Under the pieces are notes generated by a model, which had not been told where the DNA came from, did no database searches, and saw only the letters and a list, made by a program, of their open reading frames with translations. From Podarcis filfolensis (lineage: Eukaryota): 64,000 nt of DNA. Position 1 is the stretch's first letter, and every line of letters begins with the position of its first letter. The position numbers and the translations under genes were made by a program. The DNA lies in assembly GCA_964270895.1 (NCBI GenBank), contig OZ185440.1, one strand, 5' to 3'. Of the stretch, positions 22,103-35,973 are shown piece by piece.

Positions 22103-23266
22103 CATACACACAAGGCCATGCCCTGCTGCGACCCCTCCAGGTGAATTGACCCTGCAGGAGGAGGCAGGGAGGGCCACCAGCTGGGATGGAAACAAATCCA
22201 TGGAGGAGGAGGGGGCTATGGGGGGCTCCTAGCCAGGAGGGCCATGCTCTTGCCCTCCACAGTCGGAGGCAGCAATGCTTCTGAATCCCACCTTCTGGAA
22301 AACCCCAGCAGGAAGGGAGAGGGATCTTGCGTTCGAGTCCTGCTTGTGGGTTTTCTGGTGGGCCACCGTGAGGAGGCGATGCTGGACGCCGTGGGCCATG
22401 GGCGTGATCCAGCAGCCGGCTCTTCTTCTGTTCTTCCGCATGTTATTCAATGCCTGTCCGTCCGTCCCCTGCAGTTCTTTGAGGGTGTCCTCAAACACAA
22501 GAGGCAGCCACCAGCAGGGATGGCTTTTGTGAGACAATTAGACAAGACACGGCTGTCCGTGGTCACTAGCCGTGATGGCTGTGGTCTGCCTCCGCCGCTG
22601 GAGGCATTATGCCTCTCAGCACCACAGCATTGTAGAACTGTAGCGTTGGAAAGGACCCCACGGGTCATCTAGTCCAACCCCCCGGAATGCAGGAATGTCG
22701 ACACCTGCCCTCTTGCCATGCTTTAAGTGTCTTATATGAGGATGCTTCTACCTGTGTTCAGGAGGCAGCTTGCACATCGAGGCTGCTCATCAAAACATTT
22801 AGGGAGATGGAAGGAGTGTACCTCAGCAGTGGAGCATATCTTTCGCATGCCAAGGTTGAATTACTTACCATTTATATGTGGATTTTTTTAAATAAAATAA
22901 GTCTACAAATTAAATAATAGGAAAAGACCCTGGAGAGTTTCTGCCAGTATTAGAAACTCAGATTTATAAGCTAATTGCCAAATAGCGCCTTGAACCTACA
23001 GACTGTCTAGGTGCCATTTTTCCCCCTAGTGAGATTTTTTTATTGTTATTAATATTTTGCGTTTCATTTTGATACCACTTTATATTTTAAAGACAAAAAA
23101 ATCAAAGCGGTTTACAACACATTAAAACATAAAATTAAGCAGTCCAGAATAAAACAAATTCAAGCTTCAAGGAAAATATTTCAGATCCTTCTCTGGGTGA
23201 CCTTTTGCTTTCCCCGTATTTATTTACCTACTTAATTTATATAGCGCCCCCACAGCAGAAGTACTC

Positions 23267-23485
23267 TAGGAAGCCAGGGTGGTGAAGTGGTTCGAGTGTC
23301 AGACTAGGACCTGGGAGATCAGGGTTCAAATCCCCACTCAGTCCTGAAGCTCACTGCGTAATCTTGGAGTCAGTCACAACCTCTTAACCTCTACCTTACA
23401 GGGTTGTTGTGGGGATTAACTGAGAGGGGGGTGAACCATGTACTCCACTCCTTGGAGAAAAAGGTGGGATATAAGTGCAATAAAT
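23267..23485 (+). mobile_element. Old MIR/CORE-like tRNA SINE
   Basis: GGTTCAAATCCC B-box, degenerate core, AATAAAT tail. Confidence 0.6.
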
Positions 23486-26400
23486 GAGTTATTCTGCTTA
23501 GCTGCTTAAGAAACCTGGAGAGGCCAGCCAGATGGAGATGTCAGTCGCCAGCTGGCATCCAGGGATCTCCACGTGGTTGCAATTGCACCCCAGCCAGTAG
23601 CAAAGTGTGCCCGGTGCCTTGCTGATTTCTAACACTGCTTCCTAGACTCTGCTTTCTGGGTACCAGTTGTGCTGTCTCCATCCTGTGGTTGTTGAATCTC
23701 CTTGTCTTGTAGGCTTGCACACATAACCATGCACCTAAGTGTGTAATCCACACAACTTGGGAGCAAGTTCTGCTGCATTCAGTAGGGCTTGCTTCTGAGT
23801 AAGCAGACATAGGATCAGGCTTCATATAGACACTGAAGACCAGGCACCACCAAAGTAGCCGAACTAGAGGGAGCCATACTATTGCCAGCTAAGAAGATCA
23901 GGAGGAAAGAACTAGATAAAATAGTGGTCAACTGCAAAGGGGATTCGGATATTTAATTTGGCACATTTTACTAGAGAATCTTACACTATTCTATTTTGTG
24001 CAACATAATATTGCTGGTGCAATATGAAGGTAGCATTATGTTCATTGCTCATCTGTGCAAGGGACAGTTGGCTGTGGTGGTCTTGCTTATGTAGCAATTC
24101 GTTGCTGCAAAAAATGATTTCATCAAAGCAAGAAGGGTGCTTATTTCCTCTCCTTAGAAGGAACCCAATTCTGCAAATGAATAGTTTATTCTGTCTTTGT
24201 TCTCAGGATGGTGTGTTTTAACAGAGCCTGTGGTGTGTTTCTCTAAACTGCCATAGATCTGATTTTGACAGTTGCTCTGTTGCTTGGCTGTATTGGTTGT
24301 CACTGAATGCCTAGCAGCGTGGGGTCATATAAGGGCGATTGTCATGCAATTTTCAGTCAATAAGAAACACAGAATAGACTGAATTGATATATTTTATTGG
24401 ACCATCTTTTAATGAAGGAACATGCGAGATTTTGTGGACCGATAAAATTGTTTACATATGCAATCAACCTTGTCTTGTAAAAAAATACTTTAGATTTAGC
24501 TATTTTTGTGTTCCAACTGATGAAGAGCGTTGTGCAATTATGCACCTAACCCAGCAGATGTTGTCCCTGATCAAAGGCCTTGCTTGACTCTTTTGTATTT
24601 CATGGGGATGAAATAAGAGCGTCAATTAGTATATATAGGGAGTTTTTTGTACATGACTGTGATGTCTATATGAGAGGGAGACATCTGGGAAAGGCAGGAT
24701 GAGGATAGATTTTGAGGTGGGTGATTTTCTCTAGCCCTATTAAAGCTGAAAGATAGCAAAGCTTGGCTTTTTCAAGAGAAGCCAAACAGCCATTGATTGC
24801 TCTGCTTTTCTGAAGGGTGTTCAATTTCAATTTTCAACTCCCAAAAAAATAAAATCACAAAAAGAAATATATCTTACCTAAGACATGTCTGTGTTTCCAG
24901 TTTCTTTGAACCCATAGATCAGGGAACATAAACACTATTTTATTTTTTATTTTTAAATACTATTCTTACTAATACACTACTACTACTACTTTTTAGCTGG
25001 AGGTTAAGTTTGTGGTGTGTACTCAGTAGAATTAGTTCAGCTGAGAAAAATACCTCATCATAATGCTCCACAGTTCACACCTGGAATATTCTGTCTGATT
25101 TGAGACACCTCTTTACCATAAAGAGGAAAAATTGCTGAAAGAGAGGAAAATCACAAATTGCCCATTTATAAGATGGAATAATGGAAGGAGCCAAATGATG
25201 CTAAGAAGGAACATAATTACAGATACTTGACAGGTTCAAGTAGCAAAAATGGAAAATAATTGTTCTTAGAATCTCTTTAAATCTCATCCTCCACCTTCCA
25301 GGTCTAGTGTGGAATCTTGTGTTTACACTACTAAAATAAAATTAAAGGCAATCCTGGAATATATCCAGTATGTAGCAATCTTGTCCTAGCTTGTTGGTTC
25401 TCAAGGCGCAGGCTATTTGAATTAACTAGTCTCCTTAATTTCTGATTTCTTCTAAAATTCTCTGATGATTGAACTGCCACACCAATTTAATTTCAAATAG
25501 TACCAGGACTTAATTTCCAGGCATGACTTCATCCTACGCTCCAAGAAAACAGGCTTTGAATTGCTTCCCGTATTCTGTACAATTGGAAATGCAATCTGAA
25601 GCTCTGGGTGAGTGTAGTGGATTAGAGTCAATTTGGGATCTGGCCAGATTGCTTTTGGATTTCAGAAGAGTGAGAGGGCTCTTTCCGGAGAGCGCCGTGT
25701 CCTAAAGGCTTGTCTAAAATAGGATGTTGGGCCGGGCATTCAGCAGGGATGGAGTGCGTCGCCTCATGAAATGTTTGGTTACAAATAATTGATGTATTTG
25801 GGTGCAAGCAATTAAGGCACAGTAGCGCATGGCAGAACCTGCTTGACGGACATTTGCTGTCACATGTGGTGTATTCTGCTTTTGGCAAAATAAACAAGGG
25901 CGCACTGCTGGGAACCATGCCTTTCCTCCCATCATGTGGTTCCCAGAACTTCTCCTCGACCCCCAAATTCTTCAGCTGCCACCCGTGCTAGTTTCAAAGA
26001 ACCTCATTGCATGCTCCAGGATGAATACCACCCCTTTGTCCTCACAATGTCAAAATCAGGCTTGAAATCCCAACTTAGTGGAAGGTAAGGAGCTGCCTTA
26101 AAACTCAGACAAACCTCTCCCTCATCTAGTTCAATAGCCTTTCCTGTGGCTGGCAGAGCCTCCCCAGGGCTTAACAGTGAGGTCTTTCTCAGCCCTCCTG
26201 CCAAAGGTCCTTTCACGGGATCTCCTTGTGGCAAAAACGGGAGCATTCAGCATGCAAATCATGCGCTCTACCACCAAGCAGCAGCCTCTCCCCTTGACTT
26301 CACCCACTTTGTATAAATTGTTAATTGAAAGGGGGAAGAAAATCCACCCTCATTATCTCTCCTTAGCCAGCCATACAGTTAATACGACGAGGCAATTCAT

Positions 26401-27781
26401 CTGCGCTGAGTATACTTCAGTACGTGCTTTAAAAAGAGACAGGGCCCAGCGGATCTTCAACTTCAGCTCTCATCCTAGCTTTCTGGTGCTTGTGTGTTCC
26501 TTCGGCGTGCAAATAGAGAACCTGCGTTACCACTTTTCAGAAAGTAGCACCTTCTGCATGATTTGGACTATGTCACATCATTTGTGCTGCTTGGGGCTGA
26601 TGGGAGTTGTAGTCCAAAACATCCGCAGAGCACAAATAGTTGTTGTTTTTTGGGGAGAGGTTGTAATATGGGTTATGGAAGATGCACCAGGTCTCAGCGG
26701 TGTCCTAATCCCTGGCATGGCGCAGTTGCAGCGTTCTGAATCTTGTATCTTGCACCAAGTTGAATGGGCTGCTTTACACCCGACAGCTCTAAAATAAAAA
26801 ATGTTCAGGTCCTGTCAATACAGAATTAGAACTGCATTCAGGCCATGGCATGTTGTGCTTGAAGGCTCGACGGGCAGGAATCGCTTTCCTGTTGAAGCTG
26901 CAGGCAGCCTGACCGAACTTGTTTATTTGATGCTCTTAGATTGTGGCTGCTTGTCAGGCTCTGTCCCTGGCAGGGCTGCTTGAACATTTATTTCCTTTGG
27001 CTTCTTGGCTCTTCCACTGGTTTGGTTATAGCAGGGGTGGGGATCTCCAGCCTCCACCCTGGACTAATTAGGCCTGCCAGGCCTCTGCATTTGTCCCACA
27101 AGGCCCTTTTGGCAAAGCCATGGCCAGCTGCCCTGCATGTGAGTGGCAGGTAAGATCCATGGGGATTGCAGGCACTGCCTGCTAGCTGATTGGTACAAAG
27201 CACATTGAAAGGGGCTTTTGAAGACCTGACAACTGGTCAGATCTTCAGAAGCCCCTTTCAAAATGCTATTTTCTGCAGCACTTTAAAAGAGGCTTCTGAA
27301 GACCCCTGTGGGCAAAAAAGGTCACCTGTCATCATTGTGACATTAGGTGATTGACAGCTGGGCTGCTCCACTGACCTGTCCTACTTGGCCTGCTAGGGGT
27401 GGAAGAGCTAAGGATCTGGCCCTCTCGCCAGAGCCAGTTCTCAGCCTTGGTTTGCAGTGACTTTCCAAGCACAGAGGTGGAAGCGAAATCAGATTAGTCA
27501 AAATTACTCCGTTACTGCAGCCATACAGGCAGTATGTGATTTCCAGGAAAGGATGCCGGGTCTGTCTGGAAACCTCTCATAGTCTGCTGTATGGCAGTTC
27601 TCTGACATTGCTCAGTAGTGGGGGAAAAGTGTCAGTACCTGCTCCAGTCTTAATGAGATTCTCCAGGGTTAAGCTTTGCACTGGAAAAAGTGCCACATGT
27701 AGTCAGACTGAGGCAGAATAGAACTGTACTATGACTTCCCTTGATCGGAATACTGTCCTTCTGTTGATGCAGCCTAGAATA

Positions 27782-28131
27782 AAGGTAAAGGGACCCCTGA
27801 CCATTAGGTCCAGTCGTGGCCAACTCTGGGGTTGCGGCACTCATCTCGCTTTACTGGCCGAGGGAGCCGGCGTACAGCTTCCAGGTCATGTGGCCAGCAT
27901 GACTGAGCCGCTTCTGGCGAACCAGAGCAGCGCACGGAAACACCGTTTACCTTCCCGCCGGAGCGGTACCTATTTATCTACTTGCACTTTGACATGCTTT
28001 CGAACTGCTAGGTTGGCAGGAGCTGGGACTGAGCAACGGGAGCTCACCCCGTCGCGGGGATTCGAACCGCCAACCTTCTGATCATCAAGTCCTAGGTTCA
28101 GTGGTTTAACGCTCAGCGCCACCCGCATCCC
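27782..28131 (-). mobile_element. Full-length Sauria SINE
   Basis: Reverse complement of the 17062 copy; 14-bp TSD TGCAGCCTAGAATA. Confidence 0.92.
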
Positions 28132-28694
28132 TGCAGCCTAGAATAGCATTAGCCTTTTTTGCTGCTGCGTCACACTGTGGACTCATGTTCAGCTTGTGGG
28201 CCCACTAAGATCCCTAGATCCTAGACCCCAAGGAAGTGGAAGAGGGAAGTGCGACGATGTCGTGCTGTGCATTTTCTAGCAATCATACATTGTGAGGGCA
28301 AGAGGGTGAGAAGGAGGCAAGAAGTCGCTGCTTTCAGTGCCAGCCATGCATTTTCTGGAACGTTATCATTCTGGCCTGAACGTGTGGTTTCCTAGCAATG
28401 ATGAGCCCCTCTGAGAGTTTTATTACGTTTTTAATTAAGGCTAACGAAGGTGACTTGGAAGCATTTTAAGTAGGAAGAAAGCAAAAGCTTTAGGGCAGTT
28501 TTCTAGGATCTAAAATTTGAGAGTTCCTGGATAGCATGTGCAATTGCTGCGTCTGGGAAATCTTAGAATCGTAGAGTCCAACCTCTTGCAATGCAGGAAT
28601 CTCAGCTAAACCATCCATGACAGATGGCCAACCAACCTCTGCTAAAAAACCTCCAAGGAAGGAGAGTCCACGGTGTACAGAGTTATACAGTGTA

Positions 28695-28870
28695 GGACTG
28701 TAGCTCAGTAGTAGAAGATCCTGGGTTCAGTCCTTGGTATCTCCAGGGAAGACTGGGAGAGGACCATGTCTGGAAGCCTGGAGAACTGCGGCTATTCAGT
28801 GTAGACAATATTAAGCTGGGTGGTCCACCGGCCTGACTCATCAGTCTACGGCCACTTCCTGTGTTCTAAT
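28695..28870 (+). mobile_element. tRNA-Ala-like SINE, degenerate
   Basis: GGACTGTAGCTCAGTAGTAGA head; related minus-strand copies near 75-215, 3113-3170 and 40140-40296. Confidence 0.55.
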
Positions 28871-29184
28871 TTCTTCTCCTTGGGCCAATCCTTGGCAAGA
28901 AATCCCAGTTTTGAATAAAGGTGGTGTTGGGTTTTTTTTTAATCGAGCAGATCATTACCATATAACTCAGCTTGCACTATTACAGCGCTTTGAGTTGGTT
29001 GGTGAGGTCAGCAGCTGCCGAGGTGGAAAGGAGAGGCGTGCATTCTAGAACACGGTTGGAGGGCAACAAGGTTGTGACAAAATCTGGGCCCTGGAGGGGA
29101 GGAAAGAGGAGCAAAAGGAGTCCTGCGGCGTGTGGACAACGTTCCTGAACGTACAAGAGACTCTTAACTTGGAAGCCGGCTGAA

Positions 29185-29185
<1 letters not shown>

Positions 29186-29233
<48 letters not shown>

Positions 29234-29514
29234 TATTTATATCCCGCCCTTCCCGGTTCAAAAACCGGGCTCAGGGCGGCTAACAACAAATTTAAAACAC
29301 TTTAAAACACTTAATTATAAAAGCAGCATAAAATACAGTATAAAAACATGAATAACAATAAAATTCAAAAATCAATTAGATAATCCCCAGGGCTAGCTGG
29401 TTGAATTGGTCCTTATTGGGCCAGCGAGGAGGCCAGGGGAGAATTAGCTGTGGGGTCTCAGAGCGGGTAACCTTCATAAAAGGGGAGGGGGAGGGAAGAG
29501 AAGGGAAATAAAAG
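29186..29514 (-). mobile_element. L2-type LINE 3' UTR with (AAT)n tail
   Basis: Reverse complement of the 3' end of the copy at 36847; (AAT)n at 29186-29231. Confidence 0.8.
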
Positions 29515-29599
29515 TGCTAGCACTGCCCTTTTGCACATTTTCCTTGAAAGGATGTAAGTTGAGAATTTCAGAATGGCTAGACCTCTCTGAACCTCCTAG

Positions 29600-29990
29600 T
29601 CAGCTAGTCAATCTTCAGATTTTGAATGAAGCTGTAGGAGCCACTGCAGATAATCCTCCGAGGCCCTTCTTCATGTGCCCCCTCCACGAGAGGTCTGGAG
29701 GGTGGCGACACGAGACCAGGCCTTTTCTGCAGTGGCTCCCCTTTTGTGGAATGCTCTCCGCAGGAGGGCTTGCCTGGCTTCTCCATTACTTGATCTTTAG
29801 ATGCCAGGCGAAAATGTTGCTCTGTATCCAGGCTTTTGGCTGAGAAACAGTCTATGGCCTTTTAAATGTGTTTGTGGGAAGGTTTGTTTGTTTGTTTTAT
29901 TACATATCATGTGTTTTGATTTTGTATTTTTATGTTGTGAATTGTCCTGTGATCTACGGATGAAGGGTGGTATACAAATTTATTATATTA
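29600..29990 (+). mobile_element. Old L2-type LINE 3' fragment
   Basis: Degenerate ...PFCGMLS...LIFRCQAKMLLCIQAF C-terminus followed by a 3' UTR-like tract. Confidence 0.6.
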
Positions 29991-30503
29991 TCATTACTAC
30001 TACTACTACTGTTATTTCTGTTATTTCTATTATTATAGTTATTATTATCATCATCCAAAGTGATATTTCTCATTTTTAACGAAACTTGAGTTAAAAGTCA
30101 TTTGCTTCAGTCACTAATACTGATCAAATGGGAATAGGAAGCACTTATTTCCTGTCATTTAGAAAGGGAAAAAACATTTTACATTGTTATTTCTTCTTGT
30201 TGTTCTGCCTCACAGTAACTCCGAGAGGGATGTTTTTGCTTGTTTTTATCTTACAGTTGGGAAATTGAGATTTTGAGATGGTGGTTTGGCCTGTCCACTC
30301 TGGGAATTGATGTTTGGGTTTCAACTTTCATCTCTAGTGTTAAAAGCCAGACCAGGGATGGGGAGGGGCTGGTTTCTACGCACTGCTTTCGTGCCTTACC
30401 TCTGTGCTCAATTCTCGCCTTTGATTCTTTCCAGGTTTGGAAAAACCCCTGGCCTTCCTGGTCCTGCCGTCTGCTGAGTTTGCCCTAGCGCCAACCTGTT
30501 GTC

Positions 30504-31913
30504 ATGTCGAAGTTAAAGTGCTCAGAGTCAGTCAGAGTGGTGGTGCGATGCCGGCCGATGAACAGCAAAGAGAAAGTAGCCTCCTACGAGCAAGTGGTCC
30601 AGGTGGACGTCAAGTTGGGGCAGGTGTCAGTGAAGAACCCCAAGGGGACTTCTCACGAGCTGCCAAAGACTTTCACCTTTGATGCCGTTTACGACTGGAA
30701 TTCCAAGCAGTTTGAACTCTACGATGAGACCTTCCGGCCCCTGGTGGACTCGGTGCTGCAGGGATTCAACGGGACCATCTTTGCCTACGGGCAAACCGGC
30801 ACGGGGAAGACGTACACGATGGAAGGTGTGCGTGGCGACCCCGAGAAAAGGGGCGTCATCCCCAATTCCTTCGACCACATCTTCACGCACATCTCCCGGT
30901 CTCAGAACCAGCAGTACCTGGTGAGGGCTTCTTACCTGGAGATCTATCAGGAGGAAATCCGGGACTTGTTGTCAAAGGATCAGTCCAAGAGGCTGGAGCT
31001 GAAGGAGCGGCCAGACACGGGAGTCTACGTGAAGGACTTGTCGTCCTTCGTCACAAAGAGCGTCAAGGAAATAGAGCATGTCATGAACGTGGGGAACCAG
31101 AACCGCTCAGTCGGGGCCACCAACATGAACGAGCACAGCTCCCGTTCACACGCCATCTTTGTGATCACCATCGAGTGCAGCGAAGTGGGGCTCGATGGGG
31201 AGAACCACATACGCGTCGGGAAGCTCAACCTGGTGGACCTTGCCGGCAGCGAGCGCCAGTCTAAGACCGGAGCCCAGGGGGAGAGGTTGAAAGAAGCGAC
31301 AAAGATCAACCTCTCTCTCTCTGCCTTGGGCAACGTCATATCTGCCCTGGTGGACGGCAAAAGCACTCACATTCCCTATCGGGATTCCAAGCTCACCAGG
31401 CTGCTCCAGGATTCGTTAGGGGGCAATGCCAAGACGGTGATGGTGGCCAACATCGGCCCCGCCTCGTACAACGTCGACGAGACCCTGACGACGCTGCGGT
31501 ACGCCAACCGGGCCAAGAACATCAAGAACAAGCCGAGAGTGAACGAAGACCCCAAGGATGCGCTGCTGCGGGAATTCCAGGAGGAGATCGCCAGGCTCAA
31601 GGCACAGCTAGAAAAGCGGTCCGTTGTCAAGAGGAAGAAGAAAGACAGGAGGAGAGACGGAAGCTTCAGCGCCGGCGGGGAGGATGAGGATGAGGAGGAA
31701 GATGGCGAAGAAGGGGAGGAGGAAGGAGGCGGTAACAAAGGTGACTACTGGAAAGAGCAGCAGGAGAAGCTGGAGATCGAGAAGAGGGCTATCCTAGAGG
31801 ACCACAGTTTGGTGGCCGAGGACAAGATGAGGCTGCTGAAGGAGAAGGAGAAGAAGATGGAAGACCTGAAGCGAGAGAAGGAGGCAGCTGAAAGGCTGGG
31901 CGCCAAAATCAAG
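30504..31913 (+). CDS. KIF3B: Kinesin-2 motor KIF3B, coding exon (exon 2): motor domain, neck and start of coiled coil
   Basis: [19 protein letters not shown]-loop GQTGTGKT, switch I NEHSSRSH, switch II DLAGSE; donor AAG|gtagg; 1410 nt. Confidence 0.98.
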
Positions 31914-33347
31914 GTAGGAGGCTCTTTGCCGAGTTCTGTAGCTTCAGAAAAGTGGCCTGGGAGGAACCTCTCTGGGGGAGGTTCAGTGTTGAAGACTAGA
32001 AACAGAAACATAGGGATGGGAATTGTTCCTGAAACGCTTCTCTGATGTTCAGAGTGGTTCTGACATTCTGAATTCAAAGGTTTCCTTTCCAAATTATTCA
32101 CAGCTAGAGAACTGCTGCCAGCAGTTGGAAAGGTGTAGGTGATTTAAGACCTGGTTTGGACAATCAAATTCTGGCTTCAGAGGCAAGGACGGATGCATGA
32201 GATCTGTGCACTCACAGACTGCCTCTTTGTGCAAGCAGGGAAGCAAGCCAAGACCTTGCAGCTAGCCATAGTTTTCTTTTGTGTGCTAAGCAGGGAGCGA
32301 TGGACAGTGGCTTCCAGACATTGGCAGGCCAGCTTTATTTTATTTATTTCATACGATTCATAAAACACTGTAAAAAACAACAACCTTGCAGCTGTTTGCT
32401 TTAAACAATGGCATCTTATCCTGCCAGTTCAGAAGCTATTGCCCATAGCTTCCTAATCCAGTTCACATGTAATAGAAAGCTATATTGTGACTTCTTGGCT
32501 TGTTTCCTTGCTTTCATGAAGGGAAGAGTGAAGGGGTGGCATGCATGTGAAGAGCTTGTGCACATTTAATCAAGTGTTGCCCACAGCTGCCAATGAACCA
32601 TCTTCATCCTTCCTCTGTCAGCTGCTCGTAGAGTCGAGGATGGCCACCTCACCTTAATGAGCCAAAGGTGAAACAGCTTCCCATCTTGGTAAGTTTTCAC
32701 AAGATCTGAAGGCCGGTCAAAAATCAGTGTTTTCTTCTAACTGTGATTAGTAAAAGAAATGCTTGATGGGGGAAAAAAGGAGTGGGACCTGAGCAGGTAT
32801 TCTCAACCCAACCCAATTCATTTCCTTTCATTATTTATTTGCATTTTTAATGAACATGTAACAATCAACCGAGACCTGAAAAGAGTGATAATGCAAAGCA
32901 AAGCAAGCCGGTGACCAAATCTCCCATTGAGATGTGAGGAAGGTGTGGAAAGAATAAGAAAAAAAGAGGCAGGGACATGGGTCACAAGCGGTTGCCATGT
33001 GATTCAAATGAAGACCCAGAGACACAGCAGGCTTTTATACACCGAGACCTATGCAGATGCCATGAATAGTCCCATGCAAAGTCATATTTGGCAGGTTCAG
33101 ATGGGAACGATTATTCGTATATGTCATGAAAGCCCACCAAACAGCTAGAAAGCCACCCTGAGTCCCTGTCAGGGGAAAAGGCGGGATATAAATAAATATG
33201 ATGATGTTGATATAATCAAGTCTGATCCTTCTTAATTTCTCAATGATCTGGTGGTGTGAAAGGACCGTAATAAGTCACTCAGGGAGGAGAACCCCAAATT
33301 TATGAGTGTACTAGAAAAGGTCAACTTGTCTTCTGATTTGCATAGGG

Positions 33348-33482
33348 CAGGCGTGGCCAAATTTGGCCCTCTAGCTGTTTGGGACTACAACTCCCATCAT
33401 CCCTAGCTAACAGGACCAGTGGTCAGGGATGATGGGAATTGTAGTCCCAAAACAGCTAGAGGGCCAAGTTTGGCCATGCCTG
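33348..33482. mobile_element. 135-bp hAT MITE
   Basis: TIRs CAGGCGTGGCCAAA; 8-bp TSD GCATAGGG. Confidence 0.92.
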
Positions 33483-34046
33483 GCATAGGGGATGTTAAGA
33501 AAGAGGAATGTGCCGGGAGAGCAGAGTAAGAAGTCTTTGAGGCCATTTGAGCCATCTCCTCAGGGTACACTTGTCAAAAGGGTCACCCACCCAATTTCAC
33601 TGCCTCCCAAAGGTAGGGAGAAGAGCTAGAACTCTGATGGGAAAATGCAAAACATGAACAGTCCTCCATCTTCACCCAAAGTGTAGAGTCGTTATAATGG
33701 ACTGAGGGTATCAGCTGCCTTGGATGACAAGCCATGTAAGCGTGGGAAATGTATGGGGAAAGGTAGAGCACATCTTAAGATTCTAGGCTCACTCCCTGGT
33801 ATCCCCAGGGTTGGGGCAGTTCTCCTCTGCTGGAGTCCTTTGAGAGATGCTGTGAGGCCGAGCAGCTGCTTCTGGGCAGCACGAACCAAAACCCAAGCTT
33901 AGGTCTAAGGAGGCACGGTTTATGAGACAACTGTGTGAGATCTCTACCCATTTTATTTTATTTTAAAGAAAGCAGTAATTGTGAGGCTCTGCAAGATGCT
34001 GATTTTGGTTATTGGAACCCTCCACCCCTCCCATTCTGCTTTTCAG

Positions 34047-34148
34047 GCAATGGAAAGCAAGCTCCTTGTTGGAGGGAAAAATATTGTGGACCACACAAAC
34101 GAGCAGCAAAAAATCCTGGAGCAGAAGCGGCAGGAGATTGCTGAGCAG
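34047..34148 (+). CDS. KIF3B: KIF3B exon 3 ([34 protein letters not shown])
   Basis: tttcag|GCA ... CAG|gtgag; 102 nt. Confidence 0.97.
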
Positions 34149-35041
34149 GTGAGAGGGAGAGGGAGAAGTGCATGCGTTGAGATGGGTTGCAGGGGTCCCA
34201 GAGTGTGCAGAACGGGGTGGGGGGGAGCCTGTGGCTGGACTACAACTCCCATCATTCCTTCCCACTGGCCCTTCTTGCTGGGGCTGATGAAAGTTGGAGG
34301 GCTGAACATTCTCCACTGCCCTGTGCTGTGGCCCTGGGAAGCTCATAGCACCTTTTTCCATTCCACCGAGGATCAAGGATGTCTATAACATTTGGGCAGA
34401 ACCCACTGGGAACATTTCCTGGGCAAGCATCTTTGGAATCCATTCAGCAGCAATGCGAATTTAATAAGAGCCTTGCTGGATCATTTATTTATTTATTAGA
34501 TTTATAAACCAGTTTGGATCAGAATAGTACTTGGTCTAATCCAGCATCCTGTTGCCCACAGTGGAAAACTTCATGCATCTAGAAAGTGCATTTGGGGTTG
34601 AAGGCAAATTCCCCCCTTTTCAACTCAAGCTCTGCAACAATTGGTATTCAAAGGTATACTTCCTCTGTATATGGAGGTTCTGTTTAGCATGGCTAATGCT
34701 GCTGTTTTGAAAGTCCTTTCAGTTTCAATGATGAGTGTACCAGGGATGTTCTCAGTGGCTTTTGCTCTTACTGTTTCCTTTTTTAATACATGAGGTTCAT
34801 GAACATAATTGCTTGAAAACTTTGAGAACAGCTGAAAGCTAGTAAAATGCAAACACTGCAAGATCTTCAAGAAGCTGCATGAGAAAAGCTATTTTACTGA
34901 ACTTTGCTTACTTTCTTCGTTGGTTCTTCCCCTTTTTCATCCTTTAAAACCCCTCTGGCCAATTAACACTTTGCAGAAAGGAAGCCCATCTTTTGAAATC
35001 CAAGACTTTTGCTCTTTCCTTTAAGGTGTGAGAACTTAGAA

Positions 35042-35291
35042 CAGGGGTCAGCAACCTTTCTCAGCCGTGGGCCGGTCCACCATCCCTCAGACCATGTGGT
35101 GGGCTGGACTATATTTTGGAAAAAAATATGAACAAATTCCTATGCCCCACAAATAACCCAGAGATGCATTTTAAATAAAAGGACACATTCTACTCATGTA
35201 AAAACACGCTGATTCCCAGACCATCCGCAGGCCGGATTTAGAAGGCGATTGGGCTGGATCCGGCCCCCGGGCCTTAGGTTGCCTACCCCTG
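35042..35291. mobile_element. hAT-Charlie-like MITE
   Basis: CAGGGGTCAGCAACC...GGTTGCCTACCCCTG; 8-bp TSD ACTTAGAA. Confidence 0.92.
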
Positions 35292-35850
35292 ACTTAGAAT
35301 GTAGGGGTGGGATTTGTCTCAGTTGATGCACAAGCAGAACAAAGCCTTCCTATGCAACAGGACACCCCTCTCTCTGCCCCATGTGTCCCCTGAATCTGCT
35401 CTGGTGTTTGGTGGAAAACCAAAAACAGGTTTAGGAGGAGGAGAGAAGGGAAATCCTATTATGCAAGTGGACCTCATTCTGCTCACAGATCCACCTCTTA
35501 CTGCCACATTCCACTCTGTGGCTGCAGTCCAGTGCACTTGGAAATGAGCCCATTGAATCTAGTGGTGCATGGTAAACATGGTTTGGGGTCAGTCTGAAAG
35601 TCTGTTCCGAGGTCATCAGTAAGCCTTTCAGCAATTCCAGACGAAGTTCAGGCTTCTTGAGCCTCACAATATTTCCCCTTAAAATTATTTGGAACAAAGT
35701 GAACCTTCAGAATAAAATCCTTCAAAAATACACAGCATTGATTGGTAACGCCTTGTGTAAATTCTCTCACCCCCTGCAAATGAATGGCATGTACCCTGAC
35801 AGCGCTGAAGTCCAGGCCAAAAAAAAGGTCATCTTTGTTGTCTCCCGCAG

Positions 35851-35973
35851 AAACGACGAGAGCGAGAAATCCAACAGCAGATGGAGAGTCGGGATGAGGA
35901 GACCTTGGAGCTGAAGGAGACCTACAGCTCCCTGCAGCAGGAAGTGGATATCAAGACTAAAAAACTGAAAAAG
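35851..35973 (+). CDS. KIF3B: KIF3B exon 4 ([17 protein letters not shown]...KTKKLKK)
   Basis: cccgcag|AAA ... AAG|gtgag; 123 nt. Confidence 0.97.

Noticed and set aside
24500-24540. CTGATGAAG motif resembling a second hammerhead
   Set aside because: No downstream GAAA box and no stem I/III pairing.
26430-26480. Minus-strand GGGCCCTGTC segment resembling the hammerhead at 5781
   Set aside because: CUGAUGA and GAAA cores are both disrupted; at most a dead relative.
31914-32045. Extension of the 513-aa kinesin ORF beyond ...AKIK
   Set aside because: Read-through into the intron past a canonical donor; not KIF3B sequence.
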